A stretch of DNA of 63,445 nt, filler included, from Octopus bimaculoides (Eukaryota): assembly GCF_001194135.2 (NCBI RefSeq). It is 4 parts of 4 records of this genome, joined end to end, with 100 filler letters (N's around TTAATTAATTAA, not from the genome) between each part and the next. Parts side by side here need not be neighbours in the genome. Positions count along the whole stretch, not along the records: positions 26,922 to 50,480 come from NC_068999.1; positions 50,581 to 62,172 come from NC_068989.1; 2 more parts are not named here. One strand, written 5' to 3'. Under the pieces are notes generated by a model. The model was given only the letters and a program-made list of their open reading frames with translations. It was not told the DNA's origin and did no database searches. Within the stretch, counting starts at the first letter, position 1; the number at the start of each line of letters is the position of its first letter. The position numbers and the translations under genes were made by a program. Below, piece after piece: positions 39,291 through 50,616 of the stretch.

Positions 39291-39344
39291 TTTTTTTTTT
39301 TTTTTAATGTTAAAAGAGACATGATTGGTATGGCCTTGGGTGTC

Positions 39345-39560
39345 TCTCTTTTACTCTTTTACTTGTTTCAGTCATTTGACTGCGGCCATGCTGGAGCACC
39401 GCCTTTAGTCGAGCAAATCGACCTCAGGGCTTATTCTTTGTAAGCCTAGTACTTATTCTATCGGTCTCTTTTTGCCGAACCGCTAAGTTACGGGGGACAT
39501 AAACACACCAGCATCGGTTGTCAAGCAATGCTAGGGAGACAAACACAGACACACAAATAT

Positions 39561-39618
<58 letters not shown>

Positions 39619-39780
39619 GACGGGCTTCTTTCAGTTTCCGTTTACCAAATCCACTCACAAGGCTTTGGTCGGCCCAAGGTTATAGTAGAAGACACTTGCC
39701 CAAGTTGCCACGCAGTGGGACTGAACTCGGAACCATGTGGTTGGTAAGCAAGCTACTTACCACACAGCCACTCCTGCGCC
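39345..39780 (-). mobile_element. SINE family 1, full length, in the serpin B intron
   Basis: Near-identical reverse complement of the 33549 copy, with a longer internal TA/CA tract. Confidence 0.93.
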
Positions 39781-39909
39781 TTAAAAAATTTTATAAAATC
39801 AACACAGATTTGGCTTGTGATATACACATACTCAAAGTCTTGTTCTAAATGAATCTGAAGCTGGCAAGGTGAAATACACAATCATCCTTTCATTATTGTT
39901 CTTTAGAAT

Positions 39910-40110
39910 AAAGCAGCAGCTGGCAGAATTATTAACACACCAGACAAAATGCCTAACAACACTTCATCTGTCATTACGTTCTGATTTCAAATTCCACTGA
40001 AGTTAACATTGCCTTCCATTCTTTCAGAGTCAATGAAATAAGTACCAGTTGAGCACTGGGGTCAATGTAATCGACAAGCACACTCCCCTAAAACTTTTCT
40101 GGCCTTGTGC
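39910..40110 (+). mobile_element. SINE family 2, diverged
   Basis: AGCTGGCAGAATT head, AAATAAGTACCAGTTGAGCACTGGGGTC core. Confidence 0.75.
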
Positions 40111-40443
40111 CTATAATAGAAAGGATTATTGTACTTCTGAGGTCAAAGACTTCTAAAGTACAGTAGTGTTTGTGAACGAGTAAGATAACCACAGAGAAAG
40201 TAAGTGTAATAAGATAAGTAGATAGTGAGTAATAATCAGATGGGATAATCAGATGAGAAAGAAAGGCTTCATTTTGCTAACTGATCTCACACTGGTAACT
40301 AGGTTTCCCTCCTTATAATTAATAATAGTTATTGTTATTTCTACCATTGACTTACTTCTCTCTCTCTCTCTTTTTACATACATATATAAAAGCTAGTGTC
40401 ACTACCTCTATCTTTCCCACTATATGAGCCAGTGTTCTCCCCA

Positions 40444-40495
<52 letters not shown>

Positions 40496-40577
40496 GAGAG
40501 AGAGAGAATGAGATATAGTCGAAGCAACAGAGATACTCAAGGGCTGAGAGTTTTGTGTGTTAGTAGCAATGATCTCA

Positions 40578-40609
<32 letters not shown>

Positions 40610-40689
40610 GTAGAGAGAGAGAGAGAGAGAGTCTCTCTGTTGCTTCTGCTCTATATATCTCTATATCAGAGAACTCACTAGAGCTGACG

Positions 40690-40875
40690 GCATGGGAAGA
40701 AAAAAAAACACCCCGTATATGATGTAAAGTGGTTGGCATTAGGAAGGGGGCATCCAGCTGTAGAAACAATACCAAAGCAAAAGTAAAGGAGCACAATGCA
40801 GTTCTTGGACCCATCAGACCTTATCAACTCATCCAACCCATGCCAACATGGAACATGGACAGTAAATGATGATTA
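40690..40875 (+). mobile_element. RTE 3'UTR terminal fragment
   Basis: GTGGTTGGCATTAGGAAGGGGCATCCAGCTGTAGAAAC ... CATGGAAC..GGAC..TAAATGATGAT; related copies at ~48830-49070, 49930-50090 and 51350-51650. Confidence 0.75.
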
Positions 40876-41087
40876 CTTAATAGTTCTATTGTAATTGCTG
40901 ATCTAAATATTGCTTTAAAAAGATTTATGAAGCTGCTTCAAGGTGATAATTTTGGGGTGAGAATACAATTAAATCAATTATGGAATTAATGAATAAGTTT
41001 TTGGTGTTCATTATTAATTTGGTCTCAAATTATTTTGTGCTTGTGGAATTCTTAAATAAACTAAATTGCACTTTTTAATTTTTATAG

Positions 41088-42262
41088 AAATTAATAGCAG
41101 GAAGATGAAATCATCTAACCAGCACCAAGAGATTAAAAACCTGGCTGCATCAATTGATTATTTTACATCCAGCCTTTTTCAAGATATGGTCATAGGAATC
41201 AACGAAAATGTCTTCATGTCCCCCTTCAGTGTTGCTACCATTTTATCAATGGTTTATTTGGGAGCAAAACAAAACTCAGCTGAACAGTTGAAAAATGTTT
41301 TGAATGTAACTTCAACACCAAATGCATTAGCTTTGGCTTATAAAAAATATTTTTCAGTTCAGAAGAATTCAAATGAAGCTAACATGAGTAAATCGGTAAA
41401 TCGTTTGTATGTTGATGATAAATTCCCAATATTGAAAAGCTATAAGCACAAGATTTCAAACTATTTTTTTACGGACATTAAAAATGTAGATTTCATAAAA
41501 AAGGCTGAAAGAATAAGAATTGATATTAACAAGTGGGTTAAGAAAGAGACTTATAACGAAATCACAGATCTGTTACCAAGTAAAAGTTTGTCCTCTGATA
41601 CAGTGCTACTTCTCGTTAATGCCATGCACTTTGAAGGAATGTGGGCTGAAAGATTCCCAGAAAAAGTAACGTCATCTAGAGAGTTTCATTTAAGTTCTGG
41701 CAAGACTATATCTTATGATTCTATGTTTATATCTGAAGATTTTAATACAAAAATAAGCCATAACTATAAAGCTGTAGAGTTACCTTACATGGGGGAGAAA
41801 TTTAGTATGTTTGTAATTCTTCCTAATAAAATGGATGGTCTTGCTGCTTTAGAGAAGGAAATTAATGCAGAATTTCTCAAAGAAATTAAAGAGAGAAAAG
41901 GGTTTAAACAATTATCTCTCGAGTTATATTTACCAAAGTTTCATTTTCAAAGTGCTTTCGAGTTATCAGATACTTTACAAAATCTTGGTCTTTCTGATAT
42001 TTTTGATGCCAGCAAAGCCAATTTATCAGGAATAAGTAGTCGGAAGAATTTGTATGTGAATAAATTCTTTCATAAAACATTTATTGATGTAAATGAAAAA
42101 GGAACAGAAGCTGCAGCTGCAAGCGGAGAAGTGGTAATTAATCCAGTATCAGCCCAGACGGGAACAATATTTGATGTTAATCACCCCTTCATATTTTTAA
42201 TTGCTGATAGAAGAATTAAAATGATTTATTTCATCGGCAAGGTAACAAACCCAGCAGATTAA
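41088..42262 (+). CDS. Serpin B exon 2: serpin domain of a probably secreted serpin (412 aa when spliced to exon 1)
   Basis: SPFSV, NAMHFEGMW, LYLPKF, hinge EKGTEAAAASG, FDVNHPFIFLI; N-glycosylation sequons NVT, NMS, NLS; internal Met at 41105; AATAAA at 42391. Confidence 0.95.
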
Positions 42263-43115
42263 AAACGTTTCCCTTCCCATCACCCCATCAAAAAATGGTA
42301 ATATGATAGACCTTACAACATTATAGAGTCTTAGAATTTTAACAAAGTAGATTTGATTGAAATTATTCAAAAACTCTATATGGAATATCAAATAAAAAGT
42401 TTTAAAAATACATTGAAAGCTATGTAAGAGTTTGTTCATTTTTATTTGGTCACCATCACTGGTGAAAATTTTCAATTTTTATCTTGATGTCAAAAGAATT
42501 TATAAATTTATGAGAGGACATGAATTAATTCCTTTTTGGAATTGGCTCTCAAAGCACACATAAATCTATAAATAACAGCACATAAGTATTCGGTTGAAAA
42601 AAATCATGGATAGCAAAAGACAGAGGCTGCCTTCAACATTTTCCATCCCAAAGAACTTTTCAATCCAGTATTTACTTGCCTTTATTTATAGCTTTATGTC
42701 AGTTTCAAGAACCAATTTCAAAAAAAGAGCAATCTCTGAGTTTTTTTAAATTTTAAATGAGAGATTGTTATCAGAGACTAAGAAAATAAAACAATTTAAA
42801 AGATTATGTAAATGATATACAGCAATCATAATGGGTAGCAATAGATAAAAGAGACAAGTGATATGTGGTAGTGATAAATAGACAAGTGATTTGTCTGGAT
42901 GTATCTGTGGTAAGATTTAGTTTTGTGAAGTGGAGACTTTTATTAATGCACTAATTCTGTTTATTACATAGTTGTGATATATTTTAGTCTTTAGACACAT
43001 GGAATTTATTTAAAAAATGATATTCCTTACTCGACACAGTGCATAACTCAGAGACCAAGGGAGTCTCTTCAGGTTAAGCCGCTACTTCTCCACACCTGCG
43101 CTAATAATAAATTAT

Positions 43116-43503
43116 GTTGTTGTTGGCACTCCGTCGCTTACGACGTCGAAGGTTCCAGTTGATCCGATCAACGGAATAGCCTGCTCGTGAAATTAACGCG
43201 CAAGTGGCTGAGCACTCCACAGACACGTGTACCCTTAACCTAGTTCTCGGGGATATTCAGCGTGACACAGTGTGACAAGGCTGGCCCTTTGAATTACAGG
43301 CACAACAGAAACAGGAAGTAAGAGTGAGAGAAAGTTGTGATGAAAGAGTTCAGCAGGGTTCGCCACCATCCCCTGCCGGAGCCTCGTGGAGCTTTATGTG
43401 TTTTCGCTCAATAAACACTCACAACGCCCGGTCTGGGAATCGAAACCGAGATCCTATGACCGCGAGTCCGCTGTCCTAACCACTGGGCCATTGCACCTCC
43501 ACT
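43116..43503 (-). mobile_element. SINE family 3, full length with a 12 bp TSD
   Basis: tRNA-like head GTGGAGGTGCAATGGCCCAGTGGTTAGG..GGTTTCGATTCCC, (AAC)n tail; TSD ATAATAAATTAT at 43104 and 43504. Confidence 0.92.
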
Positions 43504-43719
43504 ATAATAAATTATATTGATGGAAGAACAGTTGGAATTCACTAAAAGTGACGTCTGTTATTGAGTTTCTAATTACAAAAGTTAATTTTTAAAAAAAGAA
43601 TTCCATCGATGGAAATGGGTTGTTCCAGTATTATACAACACCTAGATCGTTTCTAATTATTAGTTTGTTTTTATTGAAATAACAGTTGTTCATTGAAAGT
43701 TATATTAAAGTTTGGCGGA

Positions 43720-43822
43720 GGTAAAAAAAAAAATACGTACACCATCCGTTTTCGGTGTAACAAAAACCCTAACCCTTATCCTAATCGCTAAACACCGGGT
43801 GTACGTATTCTTTACTTTCCCC
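43720..43822. mobile_element. Small inverted-repeat element with an internal CCCTAA-like tract
   Basis: AATACGTACACC (43732) / GGTGTACGTATT (43798) flank AACCCTAACCCTTATCCTAA. Confidence 0.55.
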
Positions 43823-46811
43823 TTACAGTTTTATAGGAAGTTATAAAAAAAAACAAAAAAAAACAAACTGTGTCCATTATCGAATATCTGAAATACACGT
43901 ACCTGTTGGTGTTGTAGCCTGTTGTTAAATATTATTAACGAAGTGATAGAAGGGCAGAGACTGAGTATTTATTAATAGACTTAATCTTCGCTCGTTTCAA
44001 AGTACAAACTTACAAAACTATATAGTTGTCCGTCTTGATGAAAATTAAAAGAAATGTAAATGAAACAATTGGTAAATAAGAATCGAAGTTGTATACTAAT
44101 GAAGTGACAGACACTGTCGTTTTTTAATTTATCCAACGTTAAAACCCACGATTTTGCACGGATCGAGATTTTTTTTTCAATTTAAAGTAGTCGGACCAGT
44201 CACAGGGTGACTGTTTAGAAGGAAAAGCTATAATTAGATTATTTGACAAAAACTGCGAGGGAGTGATGTCATTGGATTTTCTTTTATCGGGGATATTTCT
44301 CATCATTCACCGTACCAAAACTATTTGTTACCGTTGATTTGAGATCGTTTCAACGAAATTCATTCTCTGAAATCTACTATGCATTAAAAAAACTCAAAAA
44401 GAACACGCAAATAAATACAGAAAAAATTAGAAAACTCCTAAATATGCCGTAGCAGTATCTTTTATTTTAATAAAGCCGCAGAGAGGTTTTAAACTCTTTT
44501 GGAAAAATATAAACAGTAACGGTATACTTATAAGTGTCCCAACTATCACTGAATTGGTTCCTCATAACTTTCAGAAAAATTGGTATTTTGGTTTTCCTTT
44601 TTCCAATGAAAATTTCTACGGCGAACACTTTTCAGGAAAATGGCTTTTTTAATTTTTTTTTTTAATAAAAATTTCTACAAATTCTGTTCGGGGTACTATT
44701 CAAGAAGAGTGGTCCCATTCAAGAAGAGTGGTCCCAGTGCGCGCACTCTCACACTCGCGAAAGCGAGTGTGACTAGTCATGCGCAAAACAAGTATGCGAG
44801 TTTTTTTGGTGATAAATAAAAGATAAAATTGTCAACTTTATTATATTCATTATATATATTGTTTCCGGTATAAATTAATATTGACACATTGGAAGAAAAA
44901 AAAAATTGCCGGTATGCCACATCAGATAGTTTGAGAAGCACTGTTACGTATGAAAATGAAATTTCCATATAATCGGAATCTATTAAAAAATGAATTATCC
45001 ACATACAAAACATTGGGATACCCAAAAAAGTCAAATAACCTCCAAATTAAACGTGGGGAACCCTCTTCCTGGAAGACTTCTTGTTGACATTCTTCAAATG
45101 AAACTTCTTCGAAGCTGAGCCATCAAACAACACAGAACTTACCATTCTTTTCTAATTTATGAACGCTTCTCAACGATACAAGCCTCGCTTGTGACCGTTC
45201 GATCTGCTAGAGAGAACAGCAGTTCAATCTCCCTCAAATCGCATCCTACTGACTTGGGGGAAGAACACATTTGAAAATTTAGTCAGTCCTACGTAGCCCT
45301 AAAATAACGGGATGGTCGTTGCTGGAGAGCTTTTGACACTAAGTGTTCTCAATTAGAACTAGCTTGTGATTAAACAATAAACACCGTCTTGGTAGTTCAT
45401 ATATAGTAACATAATAGGGATCTTCCTGATTGGGCGGGCGCCACNNNNNNNNNNNNNNNNNNNNNNNNNNNNNNNNNNNNNNNNNNNNNNNNNNNNNNNN
45501 NNNNNNNNNNNNNNNNNNNNNNNNNNNNNNNNNNNNNNNNNNNNNNNNNNNNNNNNNNNNNNNNNNNNNNNNNNNNNNNNNNNNNNNNNNNNNNNNNNNN
45601 NNNNNNNNNNNNNNNNNNNNNNNNNNNNNNNNNNNNNNNNNNNNNNNNNNNNNNNNNNNNNNNNNNNNNNNNNNNNNNNNNNNNNNNNNNNNNNNNNNNN
45701 NNNNNNNNNNNNNNNNNNNNNNNNNNNNNNNNNNNNNNNNNNNNNNNNNNNNNNNNNNNNNNNNNNNNNNNNNNNNNNNNNNNNNNNNNNNNNNNNNNNN
45801 NNNNNNNNNNNNNNNNNNNNNNNNNNNNNNNNNNNNNNNNNNNNNNNNNNNNNNNNNNNNNNNNNNNNNNNNNNNNNNNNNNNNNNNNNNNNNNNNNNNN
45901 NNNNNNNNNNNNNNNNNNNNNNNNNNNNNNNNNNNNNNNNNNNNNNNNNNNNNNNNNNNNNNNNNNNNNNNNNNNNNNNNNNNNNNNNNNNNNNNNNNNN
46001 NNNNNNNNNNNNNNNNNNNNNNNNNNNNNNNNNNNNNNNNNNNNNNNNNNNNNNNNNNNNNNNNNNNNNNNNNNNNNNNNNNNNNNNNNNNNNNNNNNNN
46101 NNNNNNNNNNNNNNNNNNNNNNNNNNNNNNNNNNNNNNNNNNNNNNNNNNNNNNNNNNNNNNNNNNNNNNNCTTTTTATGAAAACAAGTGGCGCCCGCCA
46201 AATCAGAAGGATCCCAAAAGTGGATAAAACAAATTCTCATACGGGAGGGGGGGAGATTCTAACTGGGGGATGCTGAGCACCCCATAGCTACGTGCCTGAT
46301 TGTGTGCACGTGCTTGTCTTTATGTGTGTGTCTGTGAAGAGAGAAAGAGAGAGAGAGAGAGCGTGACAACGTAAAGAGAAGCAACGCAAACGCAAAATTA
46401 TTTTCCAGGGGCAATAACTTTCTCTAACTTCTTCAGGGTGATGTATATTTATCCCCCTTAGTATTTATACCGATTGCAAAGACTCCAGTTTGTTTTAAGA
46501 ATAATGTAAAGTCAATTCTAGCAGGATTTCAAATGAGAACTATGGTAAACGAAACTAACTTCGGTTAATACAACGGGAACGTGGGTAGAGGAGTTCGGAA
46601 AATTCACAAGATCCGAATTTTTCCCTTGTAACTTTTAGGAAAATGGGGCTTTTTATCAATGAAATTTGATAGAAATACCTTTCAAACGGCAAACATGACA
46701 ATTATAAAGAAATTTGTGGAGAGAATCTTTTCCAAGAGATGGAGAGTGGACTTGGGCAAATACACAAGATCCGAACTATTTCCTCGTAACTTTAAGGATA
46801 ATTGAGATCTT

Positions 46812-47318
46812 TCAGTCTTGTTTGATATTTCCGTCTTGTTTGATGTTTCTCTCTTGTTTAATCTTTCTGTGTTGTTCGACCTTTCTGTCATGTTTGATCT
46901 TTCTGTCTTGTTTGGTATTTCCGTCTTGTTTGATCTTTCTGTCTTGTTTGATATTTTCATCTTGTTTGATCTTTCTGTCTTGTTTGATATTTTCGTCTTG
47001 TTTGATATTTCCGTCTTGTTTGATCTTTCTGTCATGTTTGATCTTTCTGTCATGTTTGATCTTTCTGTCTTGTTTGATATTTTCATCTNNNNNNNNNNGA
47101 TATTTTCGTCTTGTTTGATATTTCCGTCTTGTTTGATCTTTCTGTCATGTTTGATCTTTCTGTCATGTTTGATCTTTCTGTCTTGTTTGATATTTTCATC
47201 TTGTTTGATCTTTCCGTGTTGTTTGATATTTTCGTCTTGTTTGATAGTTTCGTCTTATTTGGTATTTCCGTCTTGATTGATATTTCCGTCTTGATTGATC
47301 TTTCTGTCTTGTTTGACA
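46812..47318. repeat. 18 bp minisatellite, ~27 copies (TTTGATCTTTCTGTCTTG and variants)
   Basis: Strict 18 bp period on both sides of a 10-N gap. Confidence 0.95.
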
Positions 47319-47634
47319 TGTGTGTCTCGTATGATTCAGGTGACTGGTTTTTTCTTGTTTCCACTTGTAAATTTACGAGATGAACTTTTATATGGGTAAA
47401 CAACTTCTCTGACTTCTTCTCTTTTAAATGAAACTTCAAATTATTCAATCCACTGTTGTGAAAATTTTCCTCATGTAAAAGCTTAAATCTGAAACAAAAT
47501 AAATATATCCTGATAAAACAACATTTAATTCAGTGATATTATGCATACGATATACATGTATAATATAAATATAATTCACCCACCCACACACATATTATAT
47601 ACACAAACATACATATGTGTATATGTATGTGTGC

Positions 47635-47678
<44 letters not shown>

Positions 47679-47944
47679 TACATACATATATATACATAAG
47701 AATAATAATAAATGGAGCAAAACGCATATAATCAATAAGTTCCTTTAATTCCTACACATGTTTCAAAAATTATATGCACTCTACTCCAGAGGAATAAGAG
47801 ATGCTGGTTTATACATATAATTTTATCTTCAGGGAACCATTTTACAAATGCAAGACTTGTGCTGAATGCTAAGATTAAGTATGAGGAATAACACTATATA
47901 GCTAAGTTTAAACTAGCTTCCTGCCTCAATAATAATAATAATAA

Positions 47945-48120
47945 TAATCCTTTCTATAATAGGCTCAAGGCCTGAAATTGGGGCAGGGGCATAGTCAATT
48001 ACATTGAACCCACTGTATAACTGGTACTTATTTATCAACCCCACCAAAAGAAAGAAAGGCAAAGTTGACCTCAGTAGAATTTGAACTCAGAGCATAAAGA
48101 CGGACAAAATGCTGCTTATT
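47945..48120 (-). mobile_element. SINE family 2
   Basis: AACTGGTACTTATTTATCAACCCC..AAAGGCAAAGTTGACCTCAG. Confidence 0.75.
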
Positions 48121-49233
48121 TGTCCACATTGTTTTGAATTAATCATGCATTATCTTGTAGCTTTGAAATTTTGAAGAATTTTGAAGAATTTTGAAGAACT
48201 ATTAATTTTTAAAGCATCTGTTATCTATTAGCCATGAAATCCCTGTGACATACAGAAATCCATAAAACCCCAGAGACGTTTATATCCATCTTTTAACCAT
48301 TCTTATTGGATTTCATAACTATAGATGAGGGACGCTCTGTGATATGGATAGTGTTGACTACTTTTAATTCATATGATCTTGATTAACTAATTAGCATTTT
48401 TCTCTCTATTCCCTTATCAATTTTTTTGCAAATTATACTTACCTGTCTTTATTTGGCACTTCTTGAATATGTTTTAGCATAGTATAGCATGCAACCAGTA
48501 GTGAGTGACGATGAATATTATAGCTGTGACGCACAATTCTGAAAAATAGAAATCAGTCACTGAATATTTTTAATATTGGCAATTGATGAACTGAAATATA
48601 TTGAGTGAAAAAGCAATTTTATATTATGATCTCTTTGCAGCTTCTACTGACCAGTCTTTCTTCCTTCTACAAAACGGTGGGTAATCATGCAGCTCTATTA
48701 CAAGAATCTACTCTGTCCCCACCCCCTCTCGCTCTTTCTCTCTCATACTGTATCACCTCAATCCCCAGCATAAAGCCCCCATTCTCCATCTTCCGCCAAG
48801 GGGTTTGTAGTCTTACAAGCTGTGTTGCAAACTCACTTGTGCTGGTGGCATGTAAACAGAAAAGCACCTGGCACACTCTGTAAAATGGTTGGCTTTTAGA
48901 AAGGGCATCCAGCCACAGGACCCATTTCAAAGTAGACATTAGAGCACAATGCAATCCTTGGACTCACCAATCAGATCCTGTCGACCCATCTAACCTATAC
49001 CAGCATGGAACTCAGATATTAAATGCTGCTGCTGTGGTTACTGAAGACGTTGATGATGATGATGATGACAACAGAAAAACTCTGCCATGGATGAGGGAAA
49101 TTCTGTGAAATATTTGGTATTGGCATCAAATTTATAGTACTTAAGGGAATGTTTGGAAGACATTCAGGGAAAAGATGGCTAAGTTTGGACAGAAAACTTC
49201 ATTGATTTGTGTTAATGTAAGTTAATGTAGAAT

Positions 49234-49638
49234 TCTTTATTCTTTACTTGTTTCAGTCATTTGACTGCGGCCATGCCGGAGCACCACCTTTAGTCGAATC
49301 AAATCGACACCAGGACTTATTCTTTGTAAGCCTAGTACTTATTCTATCGGTCTCTTTTTGCCGAACTATTAAGTTACAGGGCCCTAAATACACCAGCATC
49401 GGTTGTCAAGCGATGTTGGGGGGACAAACACAGATACACAACATATACACACATACATATATATATACATATATACGATGGGCTACTTTCAGTTTCCATC
49501 TACCAAATCCACTCACAAGGCTTTGGTCGGCCCGAGGCTATAGTAGAAGACACTTGCCCTAGGTGCCACGCAGTGGGAATGAACCCGGAACCATGTGGTT
49601 GGTAAGCAAGCTACTTACCACACAGCCACTCCTGCGCC
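49234..49638 (-). mobile_element. SINE family 1, full length
   Basis: Near-identical to the 39345 copy. Confidence 0.92.
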
Positions 49639-50252
49639 TATTAGATATAGATAATGATTTCAACAGACAAAAAATAGTTAAAGACAGAATAAGCTTCATA
49701 ATGTAATGTTTTTGTACATTTTACCTTTGATTGTTATGATGATGAAGATGATGATGATGCTGATGACAAGGATGATGACGATGATGATGGCCATCATTAT
49801 AATTACCATCACCCGCATCATCATCCTCAACACTACCATCACCATCCATCTGTGTGTGTGTGTGTCTTTGTATGTATGTATGTATGTATGTATGTATATA
49901 TATATATATATATGTATGTATATAGTCTGTCAAGTGGTTGGCATTAGGAAGGGCATCCAGCTGTAGAAACCACGTGAAAGAAGATATTAGAATTTGGCAC
50001 AGCATTCTTCCTTATCTGTTCATGTTAAACCATTCAACCCAGAGCAGTATACTGAAAGAGATATTAAATGATGATGATGATGATGACAATAACTATGGTT
50101 GACATTATAAGAATGTAGTAAGATTTGAGAGAACATCTGGAAAGCGGACCTTAAACGATGATGATATATATATATATATATATATTATGATTGATCGTTG
50201 ACTGAACACTATTCAATTTTTTTTCTCCGTGTTTTTCTCCTTGTCTCCGTAT

Positions 50253-50289
50253 TCTTTCTGTTGAAGAGCGTAGCTCGAAACGTCAAAGA
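50253..50289 (+). ncRNA. Penelope-type minimal hammerhead motif, core-mutated
   Basis: TCTTT-CTGTTGA-A-GAGC-GTA-GCTC-GAAAC-GTC-AAAGA: stems I and II form; the core has A6 replaced by U. Confidence 0.6.
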
Positions 50290-50414
50290 CTTTCCGTATT
50301 CCCGAGCGTCATACTAATATATACTTTTGTTATTTACACCACCTGTCCTCGTCTGTTGTTATTATTTGTATATTCTCCCATATATATATATATATGTATG
50401 TATGTATTTATATG

Positions 50415-50449
<35 letters not shown>

Positions 50450-50580
50450 GTATGTATATATATATATGTATATATACTTANNNNNNNNNNNNNNNNNNNN
50501 NNNNNNNNNNNNNNNNNNNNNNNNTTAATTAATTAANNNNNNNNNNNNNNNNNNNNNNNNNNNNNNNNNNNNNNNNNNNN

Positions 50581-50616
<36 letters not shown>

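Noticed and set aside
41066-41087. TTG start and MHFLIFI N-terminus of serpin B in the ORF track
   Set aside because: This is the intron polypyrimidine tract and AG acceptor
43430-43503. tRNA genes (also SINE heads at 33549, 39700, 19176)
   Set aside because: tRNA-like heads continue into multicopy SINE bodies with tails or TSDs; no complete cloverleaf with terminator
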